Of a DNA stretch of 64,000 bases, positions 11,021 to 24,725 are shown piece by piece. The notes beneath the pieces were generated by a model that had not been told where the DNA came from, made no database searches, and saw only the letters and a program-made list of their open reading frames with translations. Source of the DNA: Paraspadella gotoi (taxonomy: Eukaryota; Animalia; Chaetognatha); assembly GCA_051294375.1 (NCBI GenBank), contig CM119263.1, positions 25,090,688-25,154,687 of the forward strand, read 5' to 3'. The translations under genes were made by a program, and so were the position numbers. The first letter of the stretch is position 1, and each line of letters starts with the position of its first letter.

Positions 11021-13343
11021 ATTAACATCGGGTTCATGAATTTATTTAACGACGGAACAGTAACGATGAAGGTGACCATATTTGAATTCTTTGATTAATA
11101 TTATTTTATTCGACGGCTCTAATTTATAACTTTTTTTTATTAAAAAATAATTTTGCGGTGAAACATTCTTTTCGTACGAAAATCATAAATTCTTGTTGGA
11201 TAGAGAGTTAGTTTCTTTCATGAACGATTCAACTGATAACAGAAAGTAAGTAAAATACCATAGGAACGAAAAAATGAAGGCGGAACTAATGAAAATGGGA
11301 TTAAGATTATGCGAAAAGTGATTAACGAATGAACGAAGCGGATTTGGTCGAGAACAAATGGGATGCGCGACTAATCCGTATTCATTATTGGCAGATTTTC
11401 TCCCGATGGAATTCCTAATTAAATCAGAGACTGAGTGGAGGGAAATTTAGAGAGTTGTAACACGCAATCTTGTTGAATCAAGAAGCGAATTAAATATTGA
11501 TAAAGAATTGAGAGACATTTAAAATATTAAAAAGTCGCTTACGAAAAAACCAAAAAAATGTCAAAAATGGATAATGTGAAATTGATCGGATAAATAATTA
11601 TAATATATTTCAATGTACGTATTTTCAGAGAGGCAATAGAGACAGAAAGAGAGAGAGAGAAGAGAGAATGAGAGAAAAAGAAAGAGAGAAAGAGAGAGAG
11701 AGAGAGAGAAAGAGATGGATGACCGAGGCTTAGTCAGGATTACCAGAAGGACGTGACGCGGAAATTCAACTCGAAGGTAAAGAGTTTCCAATGTTAGGAC
11801 TCGAGTTAGAAAAANNNNNNNNNNNNNNNNNNNNNNNNNNNNNNNNNNNNNNNNNNNNNNNNNNNNNNNNNNNNNNNNNNNNNNNNNNNNNNNNNNNNNN
11901 TAGTCGGAAAAAAGAGTAAGAAAGATAAATAGCGAAAGACAACATCAAAAATTAATAGGCACTTCGAATGTAATATTTCTTTACCCAATCCAGATGGTTA
12001 ATTAATTGTAAACATACTACGTTGTCAAAGCTACAAAAACGCAATAAAGCCAACGCTGTTCTTAATTGCCTTCACCGTTGCCACCGCCGCGTTTATAAGC
12101 CGACACAATTTAACGCACGCCCCATTGTTGCCAGCATCGATTCCGCCGATAATTTCGCTCACATTCGTCCTTGCCACACTCTACGCTAACGTCAATGCCA
12201 CCTGCAATGCCTCTTCTATCAGCAACCAACGACAAAGTCTCTTCCTGCTCCTAAAATATTCCGACTTATTCGGTGAGAGACTGGAATAGGATTTCGCTTT
12301 CCTTCGTCTTCCCTCGTCTCCCAGTAAACACTTGGACCGGAAAACGTGAGAGAGAGAGAGANNNNNNNNNNNNNNNNNNNNNNNNNNNNNNNNNNNNNNN
12401 NNNNNNNNNNNNNNNNNNNNNNNNNNNNNNNNNNNNNNNNNNNNNNNNNNNNNNNNNNNNNNNNNNNNNNNNNNNNNNNNNNNNNNNNNNNNNNNNNNNN
12501 NNNNNNNNNNNNNNNNNNNNNTTTGGTGACGCGGTTGGATCAGGTCTCTGTCATCGCGTCAACTTGAAACGACAAGTGGAGATGAGGAGTTCAGGCTTTA
12601 GCGTTGGTTTGTGGGTAGATTCCCCCTGTGGTTCATATGGTTGTGTGCATGTGGAAAAAAACAGTAAATGTGAGACAATAAGTGTAGAAGAAAAAAAAAC
12701 AATTAAAAAATTCTACTCTGTTTTTCACGGTTCATTTGATCGTCGTCGTTTCGGTTGTCTCTGAAATTCAAAGCGTGAACAGTGAACACTGAACAATGTA
12801 AAAAGAACTCTCTGTTTTCTTTGTTTTTTCAACAAGAGTCAACTCGCGATGAGGCTTCACAATTTTTTTGGTCCCCTTCAAAGCCTCACCACTCCACGCA
12901 ATCGCTGCGTTGAATCCGCGACTCTGATTAAGACAGAGAATCTGACTTCGCCTCTGGAAAACCAAATTCGGCCGCTTCTCTTTTTCTTTTTCCGAGAACC
13001 GGACCTGACCTCGTGACCTCGTGGCCTCACCTCAGATGGACGGCCCCCATCCGGGTCCCGACTTACCCTTCCGACCCCATTGACGCTGGAAGAGAATTTC
13101 AGGGGTTTTTCGCCCGTCGTTGACCCGCGACCCGCTGAGCCGAGTTTGAGCTCACAACGACTTTGGCGTGTGTTTCTTTTGAATCGGGCACGGAGGGTTT
13201 GGTGGCGCTGTGGGCGGACGAGGTTGGCGAGCGATGATGGAACTGCGTCGAGGCTCAGATGGCGCGAAGTTTTCTAGTTAAAAAGTTAAATGCGTTCGCG
13301 ACGCAACGACTTATAGGGATATCCAACGCAATCATCTTCCAAT

Positions 13344-13379
<36 letters not shown>

Positions 13380-15035
13380 NNNNNNNNNNNNNNNNNNNNN
13401 NNNNNNNNNNNNNNNNNNNNNNNNNNNNNNNNNNNNNNNNNNNNNNNNNNNNNNNNNNNNNNNNNNNNNNNNNNNNNNNNNNNNNNNNNNNNNNNNNNNN
13501 NNNNNNNNNNNNNNNNNNNNNNNNNNNNNATTTTGTCAGCTTTAAAGCCCTTGGCGCCTTTTCCATTTCCGGTCGTCTTTTCTTCGTCTGCCGCTGCCGC
13601 TTCCGTCGTCGTCGCCGCCGCCGCTTTTCTCGGCGCCATTTTGTATCTTCGCGATTCTTTTCGCTGGGGAAATTCTCGGGCGCTTAAAAAGACTCCGGTA
13701 TTTCCGATCAAATAGCGCCATTTTTTTTGGGCGCCGATATACTTCTCATTCTCATTCGTCGATAAAATCTTTTTCGATGTTGAAATTCACGATTCAATTC
13801 ATTTCTTTTTATTTTTACCTCCAAAAAACATCGTCTGACTCGTTCTCTTTTTTTCTCCCAAACTCTACCCTTCCTTCTTCTATCCCTAGTCAGAGACCGA
13901 ACGCCATTCGACAGGATGGAATCGATGTCGTTTTGTTTGCACAAAATCTCGTTCAAACATGTGCGACGAAGAGTTAACGGAAACGCCCGTCAGAGGGTCC
14001 GGCCGTTCCAGATTTTTTTTTTTCCAGGTATAGCTAACAATATATATTTATGTTGGTACAAAAAATTACCTTTTTGTTGCAAAATTTAGGTATTTTTCGG
14101 AGACTTTTTAGAGAGTGACAAGCTTCGCTTGCTCCGTGCGCAATGCGCCATTAATTTTACCAGATTCCGAAATGTTTTTCAATGTCAATTTCGTGACATT
14201 GAGCCAACTAATTAAAATGAGACAGGTCCGAGACAAAAACGAATAGAAGTGACAGCAATGGCCAATTCACGGTGTAAATTTAGCTTTAGTACAATAACAG
14301 CTTCAGTTAATCTCTCCCACTATGTATTCCTCGGTTTATTTTATCCCCACTCGATTCTTAGCCTCGACCCCGAGTCCTCTTCTCCGCCGGGAGACGTCAC
14401 AGACAAATTGGAGAGACATCCACTTGGGCAAGAAAAATTTCTTCTTCGTCGAGCCGGTTTTTGTCGCAAGCCCTCCGCGCCCCCTCTCTCTCTTCTCTCT
14501 CTCGTCTCCTCTCTCTCTCTCTCTCTTCCTTCCTCTCTCTCTTCTCCTCTCTCTCTCCTCTCTCCCTCTCTCTCTCTCCTCTCTCTCCTCAAATCCTATC
14601 AAGGTAGCATCGTTAGCAGTCTAAATAGGAAATGAAATAAGACGGTCATAAATGCCGGAACTCGTCTCCGGATTCCCGGATTTCCGGATTTCCGTTTTTG
14701 CGGCGCCGAGATGAACAAAAGGAACCCGGATGAAGCTCGACGGCCGTCGAGCGCGTTTAGTGGGGGATGGGGGAGAAAAAATAGGAAAAAGAAAAAAATA
14801 GATAAGAAAAGAAGAAAAGAAAATCGGATATAAAGGAAGAGAGAGNNNNNNNNNNNNNNNNNNNNNNNNNNNNNNNNNNNNNNNNNNNNNNNNNNNNNNN
14901 NNNNNNNNNNNNNNNNNNNNNNNNNNNNNNNNNNNNNNNNNNNNNNNNNNNNNNNNNNNNNNNNNNNNNNNNNNNNNNNNNNNNNNNNNNNNNNNNNNNN
15001 NNNNNNNNNNNNNNNNNNNNNNNNNNNNNNNNNNN

Positions 15036-15067
<32 letters not shown>

Positions 15068-15138
15068 GTTTTCCAATTATCAAACGAAGCGAGAAAGGAT
15101 TGAAAGATGGGGATGGAGATAGAGTTTGAGATGGAAAA

Positions 15139-15217
15139 TGGAGTTGGAGATGGAGTTGGAGACGGAGTTGGAGACAGAGTTGGAGACGGAGTTGGAGACG
15201 GAGTTGGAGACGGAGTC
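15139..15217. repeat. 12-bp tandem repeat (GGAGTTGGAGAC)n
   Basis: About six near-identical units visible. Confidence 0.9.
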
Positions 15218-15340
15218 CACTTCATATAAATCAACGCAATTTCAGTGAAAATCAGTCGACGCCTTTGTCGCCTGCGAGCAACGAGAAAAAACTTTAGCTA
15301 AGAGTGAATTCAATTAAAAAACAGTTTAAAAAATATTATA

Positions 15341-15515
15341 TCACTTCATTGACAAGGAAGCCAAGTACTCTGGGAGTAAACGAACTATACTGTAAAACTG
15401 TGAGAGTATTTATTGACTGCTTGCAAGGTCTTGCTACGCTGTTACCTTGTAAGAGGGACGGAAGCGTTAACCCAGCCTCTTCAAAGTCAGGGACAAGATA
15501 TCTTTTTTTCATAAA
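15341..15515 (+). repeat. Dispersed ~180-bp repeat, copy 1
   Basis: cacttcattga..ggaagcca.gtactctgggagt...gcttgca.gg...cttgtaagag...caaagtca.gg.caagata matches the reverse complement of ~55285-55452. Confidence 0.75.
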
Positions 15516-16429
15516 ATTAATCAATAACTTAATAAATAAACTAAAAGGAACAAAGAAAATTGACAGGAGCGCAGGCCAAGCCCATTGAATATACTTCAGA
15601 ACTCTTTCGCATTCGACTCGGAAGGGTCTCTTTTGGACGAAGCGTCATTCTTGTTGAAGTAAAACTACTCGTTAAGCGCCACTCGTAATGAAGCGCCACC
15701 CTCGGAGAAGAGCCACTCATGCTCTCCGACGAAAGGGGGAAACTACGAAAGGCGGAAGGGAGCATCTGGATCCGTGGAAGCGAGAGAATCTCTAAATTAA
15801 AAGCGAGAGTGACAGAGGACGCATATCAATTGGCGATCGCCTCCATTGGCGTCGGATTCCAACGGAATAATTGATTCGAATTTCATTCACATCAATCGAA
15901 TGCGCAACGCGTTCCAGTTCCATTTTTTTTAATTTTTAAAAAATGTTTTTTTTTTATAAAAATCTTCCTCGCGCTGTTTTTTTTTTCTCTAAAAATATGG
16001 AAAAACCGAGCAGAAACATGGAATAAAAGAACTAAGTTTAATGCTAACGAGTTTTTTTAAGTTCATAGTCATTTGGAATCTGTTTAAATAAGACAAATTG
16101 ATCAATCGAATAATTCACGAATGGATTGATTTATTTCTTCTGGCAGCTATTTATGAAATTGGTACAACCAATATCCAATATCTTACTCTCTAAATAAATG
16201 TTTGGGCTCATGTGCAAGACTGGAGCCAATGGTATCAGGCTAATGTCGATTGGGGGCGAAAATCACCGAGGTTCAATCGTTCGACAAATGGGGCACCGCC
16301 CGCCATTGTTCCCTGTTGTTGTTGATGTTTTTTTTTTTTNNNNNNNNNNNNNNNNNNNNNNNNNGTCTTTTTTTTTGTTGTTAGTTGTTGTTGTGTTGTA
16401 GTGTAAGCGAATACACCCGCAACACTTTT

Positions 16430-19400
16430 AGACAGATCGGGCCGCTGCGCCGCCTTCAAACGGAACCGCTTGCGCTTCTGCCGCTCATGACCCGCTTCGC
16501 TGCCCTCCATTTCGACCGATACCTGCCCGAGTTCACAACTGAACTTTCCGGATCTGCTTCGCCGCCTGCGCCATTCGTACTGACCTCTGCCCCTTTACGC
16601 CTGCGCTCGCCCGCTATTGTAGCCTTGACCTGGCCATCCTTCAGCGTGCTTCACTCTTGCGCATCGAGCTCTGCCCTCGATGGCTGCGCCGCTTCTCTGT
16701 CGGCCATTTTCCAAGCTCCTGGACCCTGCCGGCCACTGACCCTGCTTGAGCTCGCGCGCTCCATCGTGCCTCAGCCGGCGGTTGCCCCGCTTCCGCCCAC
16801 CCGTTGCCCGCTTCGCCGCTGCCCGCTTCGCCACCGACGGCCCATGAAATTTTTCTTTTTTCGAATAGCGGTCTGCGCACGCGGAACTGGGAATCGCGGA
16901 ATCTAAGCGCCGTGTGGTCTCTGTAAAGAAATCAAATCAGGCCCTTTTCGTCCGACCGACCAGGCGATAATCCTGCCGACCCGCAACCGCGGTCCCTTGT
17001 ACGATTCTGTCACTATTCTTGCGCGTTTTCTTTTACACAGACCCGGGTCGTGTGGTCGGAGTTCTGTTCCTCACTAAACCAGTTGCTAAGCTCTTTAATC
17101 AATTTCTTCAACTCTATACACTCAGCAAGACTTATTTTAAGTTCCACATTCATTTACATTTTTTTTTTTTATCCAAAAGTTCTTCTACTCTTTCCTTCTC
17201 TGAGCACCTGAGAAGATCCTTAATGTTCTTGCTTCCTGTTTAACTTGAAGTTCATTATTGTCTGTCCTTCATCCTGCCTTGGCTTTTCTTTTTATTTAGT
17301 TTCTTAGCGTGTTCCCTCACCCAAGCGTCACACCCTCCTTCGCGCCCACCCCAACCCCCCAGTCAACCTCCCCTGTTTACCTCTTCGCATCATCTTCCTC
17401 CCCCAAATCGCTTCTGCGGGTGCTTCCCCATCTCTCCGACTCGCTCTCTCCCTCCGCATCCGCCTCGCTAAACCAAAAAAAATAATAATATATAGGTGAC
17501 GAGTGTCCGCGGCGCGAAAAGAAAATCAAAACAGCGGTAAAGATCTTGGGGTGCCCCTCGTCGCTGGTACTCGAGGAATTGTGGGTTCTACCCGCCGTTG
17601 GTGTTTTGAGCTTATTTCTTCCCAAACGGTCCTCGTTTTGTACTGCCTCTATTGTCTCCGCTGCGCGCGCCTTTCTTCTCTTTTCTTCCGTACTCCACCT
17701 CCCCGTGCTCTATCTCCCGCTGACAAAAAATTCTACAAAAAGCATATAGCAAAAAAAGGAGCAAACCATTAAAAAGAAGATAGCGACCCAACAGTGTAAA
17801 CACTCTGTGTCTCTCCCTTTCGTTTTGGTGGTGAGCTGGTGTCCCAGTCTTTCTCCCTCTCCTCTCGCTCGTATATCTGGTCTCCCCTTCTAGTATTTTC
17901 TCACCACTTCTCTCTATATTGTTCTCTTAAGTCTCTCTTTTCCTGCCTGAAATCCAAATCGGGTTTTTAATTCTCTCTCTCTCTAGTGGGGATGACTAAT
18001 GGGATTGGCCACACGCCCCGAGGTAGAGAGGTCACTGTATTGGGATCTCTCTCTCTCTCTCTCTCCGTCTCCTCTCTGCTCTCTCTCCGTCTCTCTCTCT
18101 CTCTCTCTCGGTCTCTGCTCTTCTCTTCTCTGCGTCTGCCTTCTCTCTCTCATCTGTTTTCCACGCGTAAACTAAATTTTTTTCCTTCGTCTCTGTTCGC
18201 CAAGTATTAAAAGAAGGTGGGCCGGGAAAACAAATATTGCGAGTAGAGGAAGTAGAATTCAGTTACGATACAGGCCTTTTTTTTTGGCTGGTGGGCGACT
18301 CGAGCGCTTCAAACTGAGAAAAGCGCGGAGGCCAGAGAATACAGTACACGAGTCTTGTCTGTTTTTTTGATGAGCATGTCCAGGTATCCGTCCTGTCTGT
18401 TTCAAAAAAAAATGTTCTCTCTCTCTCTCTGGCTCTCTCTCTCTGGCCGCTGCCCGATTCACAACTGTCTTCGTTGATCTCTTCGCCGCTGCCCGCTTCT
18501 ACTCTGCTCCTTACGCCTGTGCCCGCTTTGCTGCTGCCACCTTTACCGCTTAGCCATTTCCTGCTTCGCCGTTGCCCGCTTCGCCACCACGGATGAATTT
18601 TCTTTCGAAAGCGGTTTGNNNNNNNNNNNNNNNNNNNNNNNNNNNNNNNNNNNNNNNNNNNNNNNNNNNNNNNNNNNNNNNNNNNNNNNNNNNNNNNNNN
18701 NNNNNNNNNNNNNNNNNNNNNNNNNNNNNNNNNNNNNNNNNNNNNNNNGCGTCTCGTAAATAATCAGGCTTTATCGTCCGACAGGCGATTCCACCGACGA
18801 CGCAGCCTGTCTCCTGTCACTCGCGGTTTTAACAAACGGTCGTTCAGTTTGGTCACTAACATTGCTAACTTTATCATTTTAACTGACCAAACTATTTTAA
18901 TTCATTTTTACATTTTTTTTTTATCAAAAGTTCTATCACTTATCCTTTTTGAACCTAAATTCCTTAATGTTTTCTTTGTTTAACTTTAAGTCATTATGTC
19001 TGTCTTTTCACCTTCTTGGCTTTCTCTTTCATTTAAGTTTCTAAGCGGTTCTCCCCTCACCCAAGCGTCAACTCTCCTTCCCCCACCCCAACCCCCAGTC
19101 AACGCTCCTCGCTCCCCCTTCTCTCCCCCCCCCTCAAAAAAAAAAAGGGAGAGACCCCGCGAGAAAATGGTGTCGCTGACGAGGAATTCTGGTCCGCGTT
19201 TGTTTTGAGCTTTTCTTCCAAACGGCCTCGTTTTACTGCCTCTTGTCCCGCGCGCTTTCTCTTTCTCCTTTCCACTCCGTCTCTATTTCCCGCTACAAAA
19301 AGCTACAAAAAGCTACAAAAAAAACCCTAAAAAACCCAACAGTTAACACTCTGTCTCTCTTTCGTTTTGTGTGTGTCCGTCTCTGTCAGTCTTTCTCCCT

Positions 19401-19482
19401 CTCTCGCTCTATATCGTCCCTTCAGTATTTTCTCATCCACTTCTCTTTTTGTTTCTATCTCTCTTTTCCTGCTGAAATCCCA
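16430..19482. repeat. Tandemly duplicated segment (~16430-17960 noisy copy; ~18445-19482 cleaner gapped copy), each beginning with a GCCGCTGCCCGCTTC-like tandem repeat
   Basis: Colinear anchors: aatcagg..ttt.tcgtccga, ccctcacccaagcgtca, cccacccca.acccccagtcaac, cctgctgaaatcc. The first copy carries many insertions. Confidence 0.75.
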
Positions 19483-21213
19483 NNNNNNNNNNNNNNNNNN
19501 NNNNNNNNNNNNNNNNNNNNNNNNNNNNNNNNNNNNNNNNNNNNNNNNNNNNNNNNNNNNNNNNNNNNNNNNNNNNNNNNNNNNNNNNNNNNNNNNNNNN
19601 NNNNNNNNNNNNNNNNNNNNNNNNNNNNNNNNNNNNNNNNNNNNNNNNNNNNNNNNNNNNNNNNNNNNNNNNNNNNNNNNNNNNNNNNNNNNNNNNNNNN
19701 NNNNNNNNNNNNNNNNNNNNNNNNNNNNNNNNNNNNNNNNNNNNNNNNNNNNNNNNNNNNNNNNNNNNNNNNNNNNNNNNNNNNNNNNNNNNNNNNNNNN
19801 NNNNNNNNNNNNNNNNNNNNNNNNNNNNNNNNNNNNNNNNNNNNNNNNNNNNNNNNNNNNNNNNNNNNNNNNNNNNNNNNNNNNAAGCCATAAAAACGTT
19901 TCTGCTTTTTTTTTTTGGTCCCCAACTATTTCAGTATTTGCCGAGAAAGGAAAAGGGGAAAGATATTTTTTTTTAGAATTTCTCCAAATTGTGAACGACC
20001 GGAAGGAAAAAAAGGAGAAAGTCTATTTCCAACTCGATGTGAAGTGAAGCGAAACGATTGGAGGCGGAAACGATGTTGTCAAATTCACGCGGGGAGTGAT
20101 AAGTGATAAGCGAGAAGCCAAAGGTTTTGACAAAAATATAACCGACGTTAAATTATTTTCCTCAAACTACTCTAAATATTAAGTGGCGATATACCATATT
20201 GCAATTCTTTAACAAAATTCATTTCAATGATATAATTTACTTGTGATACTTAGAAATAGAGGGGGTTGATCAAAAGTTATTAATGTAAGAGACGATAAAA
20301 TCATAAAAACTGATTATAGACCGATCCTAAAAGTTCCTCTCTTTGTGTGAAGATCTTTCTATCCTTGTCTAGAGGCCATCGAAAGGGGGGGGCTTAAAGG
20401 CAGATGCGAGCGGTGAGCGGGCGGCCTGCAGGCGGCGGAGGCGAAGGCGGCTACGATAAAGATGGCGGCGAAAGTGGCGGAGGCGGCGGAAAGAAAACTA
20501 AACAACCACTCGTCCCAACATAAAAAAAAAAGTTTCACAACGATTCCATTTTCCCAATTTCGTTTCACAACCGACGACGACGATAAAAAACGTGAGATAA
20601 CAAGTCTTTCTTCTGCAGTCGTTCGCCGATTCCAATTTCCGCGACGGCGAATTAAACAAACAAACTTAAAACTAACAACAAGACGGAGAACTCGGCCAGA
20701 ATCTTTTTTTCCGCGTCGTCAGATTTCAGACTGAAAAATCCGCGATTCATCGAGTATTAAAATGCGAGGGAATCGGAAATCAAGGCCAGACCGATTAGCG
20801 GTCGGGGTCGAAGATATTCAGGGTTGGGGAGCTGGGGGTAATGGGGCTTAGGGATGGAGGGATAGGGTTTTGGGAAGTAAGTGCGATGAAAATTAGATAT
20901 GAAACAAATATGAGGGAGAAGAGGATAAGCTGGCGAGACTGGGAGAGAGTTGTTGGGAAGGAAGATGGTGAAAAATGCTAATAAAGCGGTTTGAAAAAAA
21001 GAAATAAGAGGAAAGCCATGAATGGGGCAAAGTTAGAACCTTGAAGAGCTTAAAAAGAAATTAGAAAGCTCCTAGACGACCTTAGGGGTGAGTCCCAGTT
21101 GCGGGACAGTGACCTCGGGGTTGTGAGTGGGTTGAGGAATTTTCAGTGCGGGAACCACTTTCTCTTTGCGGGTCGTGAATTAATCATGAGGCGGAGAAAC
21201 CTCCAAGCTGAGC

Positions 21214-21332
<119 letters not shown>

Positions 21333-22999
21333 GGGGAGAAAAATTTTAAGGGACCGAAAATGCGCTTTTTTTTCATTTCTAAATCCAAGGAGTCTTTTTT
21401 TGTGTAAACAAGATTCCGGCATCGTGATTGGTTGAAATTTTCAAAACAAACAAAGTCGAGAGAATTTATATGAACAAAAAACTCATCTCGCGTTTTCGCT
21501 AAAAAAACAAAATATGTGAACCCAGGGGGCGTTGAAAGTTGACAGGAAGAGGCTGACGTTGATGGGAGGAAAAAAAAAGACTCGACCCTGAAGACTGAAA
21601 AGGATATCACGATGGAGATAAAACTAGAGAGATGAGGGATCTAGTAGTAGGGGATTGTGGAAATGAGATGGTAAAAGTAAGTAAAAGATGTGAAAGTGAT
21701 GGCTGCGGGTAAGGAGGAAAAGAGATGTGGGGAGAGAGAGGCGAAGAACGGAAAAGGAAAAGGAGAAAAAAGGAAAATAGAAAAAGAAATGGGGGGGGGG
21801 AATGAAACATTAAGGAAACAAGGAACAGAGAGAGAGAGAGAAAAAAAGCTGGAAAATGAAAAAGAGAAAAATGGGAAAGAGGAAAGAGAAAAGAGGAGAG
21901 GGAAAGAGAAAAATAAAAGGAAAAGGGATAAAGAAAAAAGGGGAGAAAAAGGGAAAGAGATTACGTTTCTCCCGTCGGATTTTCATTCGATCCTGACAAC
22001 TTTGACGCCGAGTGAAATCGGCTGCCAGCGCCGACCGATAGAAAAAAAATGAAAAAGACAAAAATCTCGGCCGCCGGAAAAAAAAATCTCTCGGCGAGAT
22101 ACAAAAAAAAAAAACAAAAAAAAAAACGGGAGAAAGAAAACATTGAAATTAAATCCGCTGCCGGTTGTCGTTTCTCGGCCGCCGGTTATCATTTTCCGGT
22201 TTTTCGCGGTTTTAATTTCGTTTTATTTCTCGTATTTTCTCGACATCATTTCCAATTTTTTCGACGCGCCATCTCGAGAGGATTTTTCTTTCTTTTCCCT
22301 TTTTCCCAATCTGGTCTCGTCGTTGCAATCTTTTTCTTTTCTCCGTCGTCGTCGTCGTCGTCTTTTTTTTTTTGACTCTCGCTTTTTCCTTTGTTCTCCT
22401 TTTCGCTTCCTTTTCTTTTTCTTCCCCTTTAACGCTTCCTTTCATTTCTTTTTTTTCCAAAACGTTTATTTTTCTTTCGCGCTACGTGTTTATCATCGGT
22501 TCCTTTCCTTTTTTCCCTTTATGGCTTCTCTTTCCTAGAGTTTCTCTTCGTTCGTCCTTCTTCCTCATCTTCCTCCCTTCTTCCCCCCACGCCCCCCTCC
22601 ACCTCTCCTCCGTCCCGGTGAACTCTGGAGCTTCGGGGATCTTTGAACTTCCCCTTCTTCTTTATCTTTCTTTAACTCCATCTTTTATTGTCCAATTTCC
22701 TTTACGGTCGCCTTCGTCTGCTTGTCTCCCCCCCTTTTTTTCCCCCCCCCCGTCCCCCGTTTTTATTTTTTTTCCCTTTTCTTTAGAGAGAGAGAAAAGA
22801 AGAGGTGCGGGGAGAGGAAAGATAGAGAGAGAGACGAGATGAGAGACGAGACGAATTGAGACGAGAGAGAGAGAGAGAGAGAGACGAGAGGGGAGGAAAG
22901 GGAGGAGGACGCAGGTCCAGCCTTTTTTCCCTTCCGAAGATAAGACGATCGAAGTTTTTGGGAAATAGCCGAAAACTGGGACAAAATAGGGAAGTGAAA

Positions 23000-23053
23000 G
23001 ATAAGAAAGAAAAAGAAAGAAAAAAAAGAAAGAGAAAAAGAAAAAAAGAGAAA

Positions 23054-23089
<36 letters not shown>

Positions 23090-23230
23090 AAAGAAAAGAA
23101 AGAAAGAAAGGAAAGAAAAGAAAGAAAGAAGAAAAGAGAAAAAGAAAAGAAAATGAAGATAAGAATAAAAAAGAAAGAAAGAAAGAAAAAAGAAAGAAAG
23201 AAAAAAAAGAAAAGAAAGATGGAAAGATAA
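23000..23230. repeat. (GAAA)n-type purine-rich simple repeat
   Basis: Directly visible. Confidence 0.9.
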
Positions 23231-24570
23231 AAAGTAAAAAAAAAAATGAAGGAACGAGAGGGAAGAGAGTGAGCTGTAGAGCGAACCGCTAATAAACATC
23301 TCACCGGAATTAATGTGATATATATTTGCTTCCAGATCTTGAACCAAAAATATTTGGCTGTAAAGATTTCTTCTGTTGACCATTTTGCTGTTGGTTCAGC
23401 GGATGATGGTGAAGCCGCGGCGGTTGCTGGGGCTGGAGTCCGCGGATTCAGAATCAGATGGTTTCCGATTTCTCATCGATCGAGAATTCGGTCTCCGATG
23501 CTAATAGAATTTCCGGCCCCAAATTCTTCTTAGCCGCTAAATTATATCCCCATAGCCTTTCTGTCTTTATTTCTTAATTTCTTTCTTTCTTTCTTTCTTT
23601 CCTTCTTTCCTTCTTTCTTTCTTTCTTTCTTTCTTTTTTTCTTTTCTTCTCTCTATTTTACAGTTTTTTATCTCGCTTCCTCTTAAGCTTCCTTTTTATC
23701 TTTCCCCTTCATTTCTCCACTTCTGTCTTTCTATCCCACTTTTTTGTTCTCTCTTTCTTTCCTTGACTTTGAAGAGACTTTTCCGGCGGACGGGGGAAGG
23801 AAAAGCGATAAAACGTAAACAAGCAATTGGCATTGGGACGGCGAGGAACCGGCGTGGCGAGAAAGCCTGGAAGAAAGCGGCGCGGAGCCGGCGATCAAGC
23901 AAGCCACAACAAACCGAAACCAAAGCCGCCTTCCCGTTCGTTCCCATGGAAACGATTTTTTTTTTGGCGGGAAGAGGTTTAATTTTAAATGTACCGAGGG
24001 ATTTTTATTACTTTTTTTTATTACGGAGTGTTGAAGTTAACGTCGTGGAAAATATTTTTCCTATAAAAAAAATTCGTCGCTAAAGCAAAGATGGCGTACG
24101 CGAGTTGACGGGGCGGAGCTCCTAATTCAATAAATAGTTTCACCCCCTCCAAACCCCGGCTTTAACCGACGTTTAAATTTCATCCAATTCGTACTAACGA
24201 TCAACACAAATTTTGTTTTGGCATAATCGGTGTCGAGCAATTCCGGATGGAATCCGCCGGAAGAGGCGCCGATAGACGAGACGCCCTCATTCAACTTTAA
24301 CGATTCGAGAAAAGTGAGGAAATTAAACTGGAAAAAAAAAAGATTTGCTTTCGGTCGTTAGCGGAATCGCTGGGAATGTGTCTTTTCTTTATTGGTGGTG
24401 CTACAACCAACCAAGTTCCTTGGGGGTCTTTTAGAACCCCAACCGCTTTCCAGGCCCACCTCGAGGCATGTCTTTCATCACCTCTACCCTTTCCCTCGCT
24501 CCTCCCCCATGAGCGCTTCCAAGAGTGGATGTTTCTCCCCGGGAGTTTATTCCAATTAATTTCAAATTTA

Positions 24571-24725
24571 CACTGCGGCGCAAAAAAAAAAAGTAGCCTT
24601 TAAAAACCCCACTATTTCTTCTTTCAATAACCTTTTTTTTATGTTTCTATATCTTTGTAGAATTCAGCCATCCAATACGGTTTTTTCGAAGTGAAAAAGT
24701 GGCTACTTTTTTTTGCGCCGCAGTG
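24571..24725. mobile_element. 155-bp MITE with ~25-28-bp terminal inverted repeats (CACTG...CAGTG), flanked by TA
   Basis: TA|CACTGCGGCGC-A(n)-GTAGCC ... GGCTAC-T(n)-GCGCCGCAGTG|TA. The arms differ only in A/T-run length. Confidence 0.8.

Noticed and set aside
20359-20734. Ala-rich ORFs on both strands
   Set aside because: GCG-rich low-complexity sequence with no domain or splice support.
23330-23360. Minus-strand 'YFWFKIWK' resembling homeodomain helix 3
   Set aside because: No WFxNRR or other helices; not a second homeobox.
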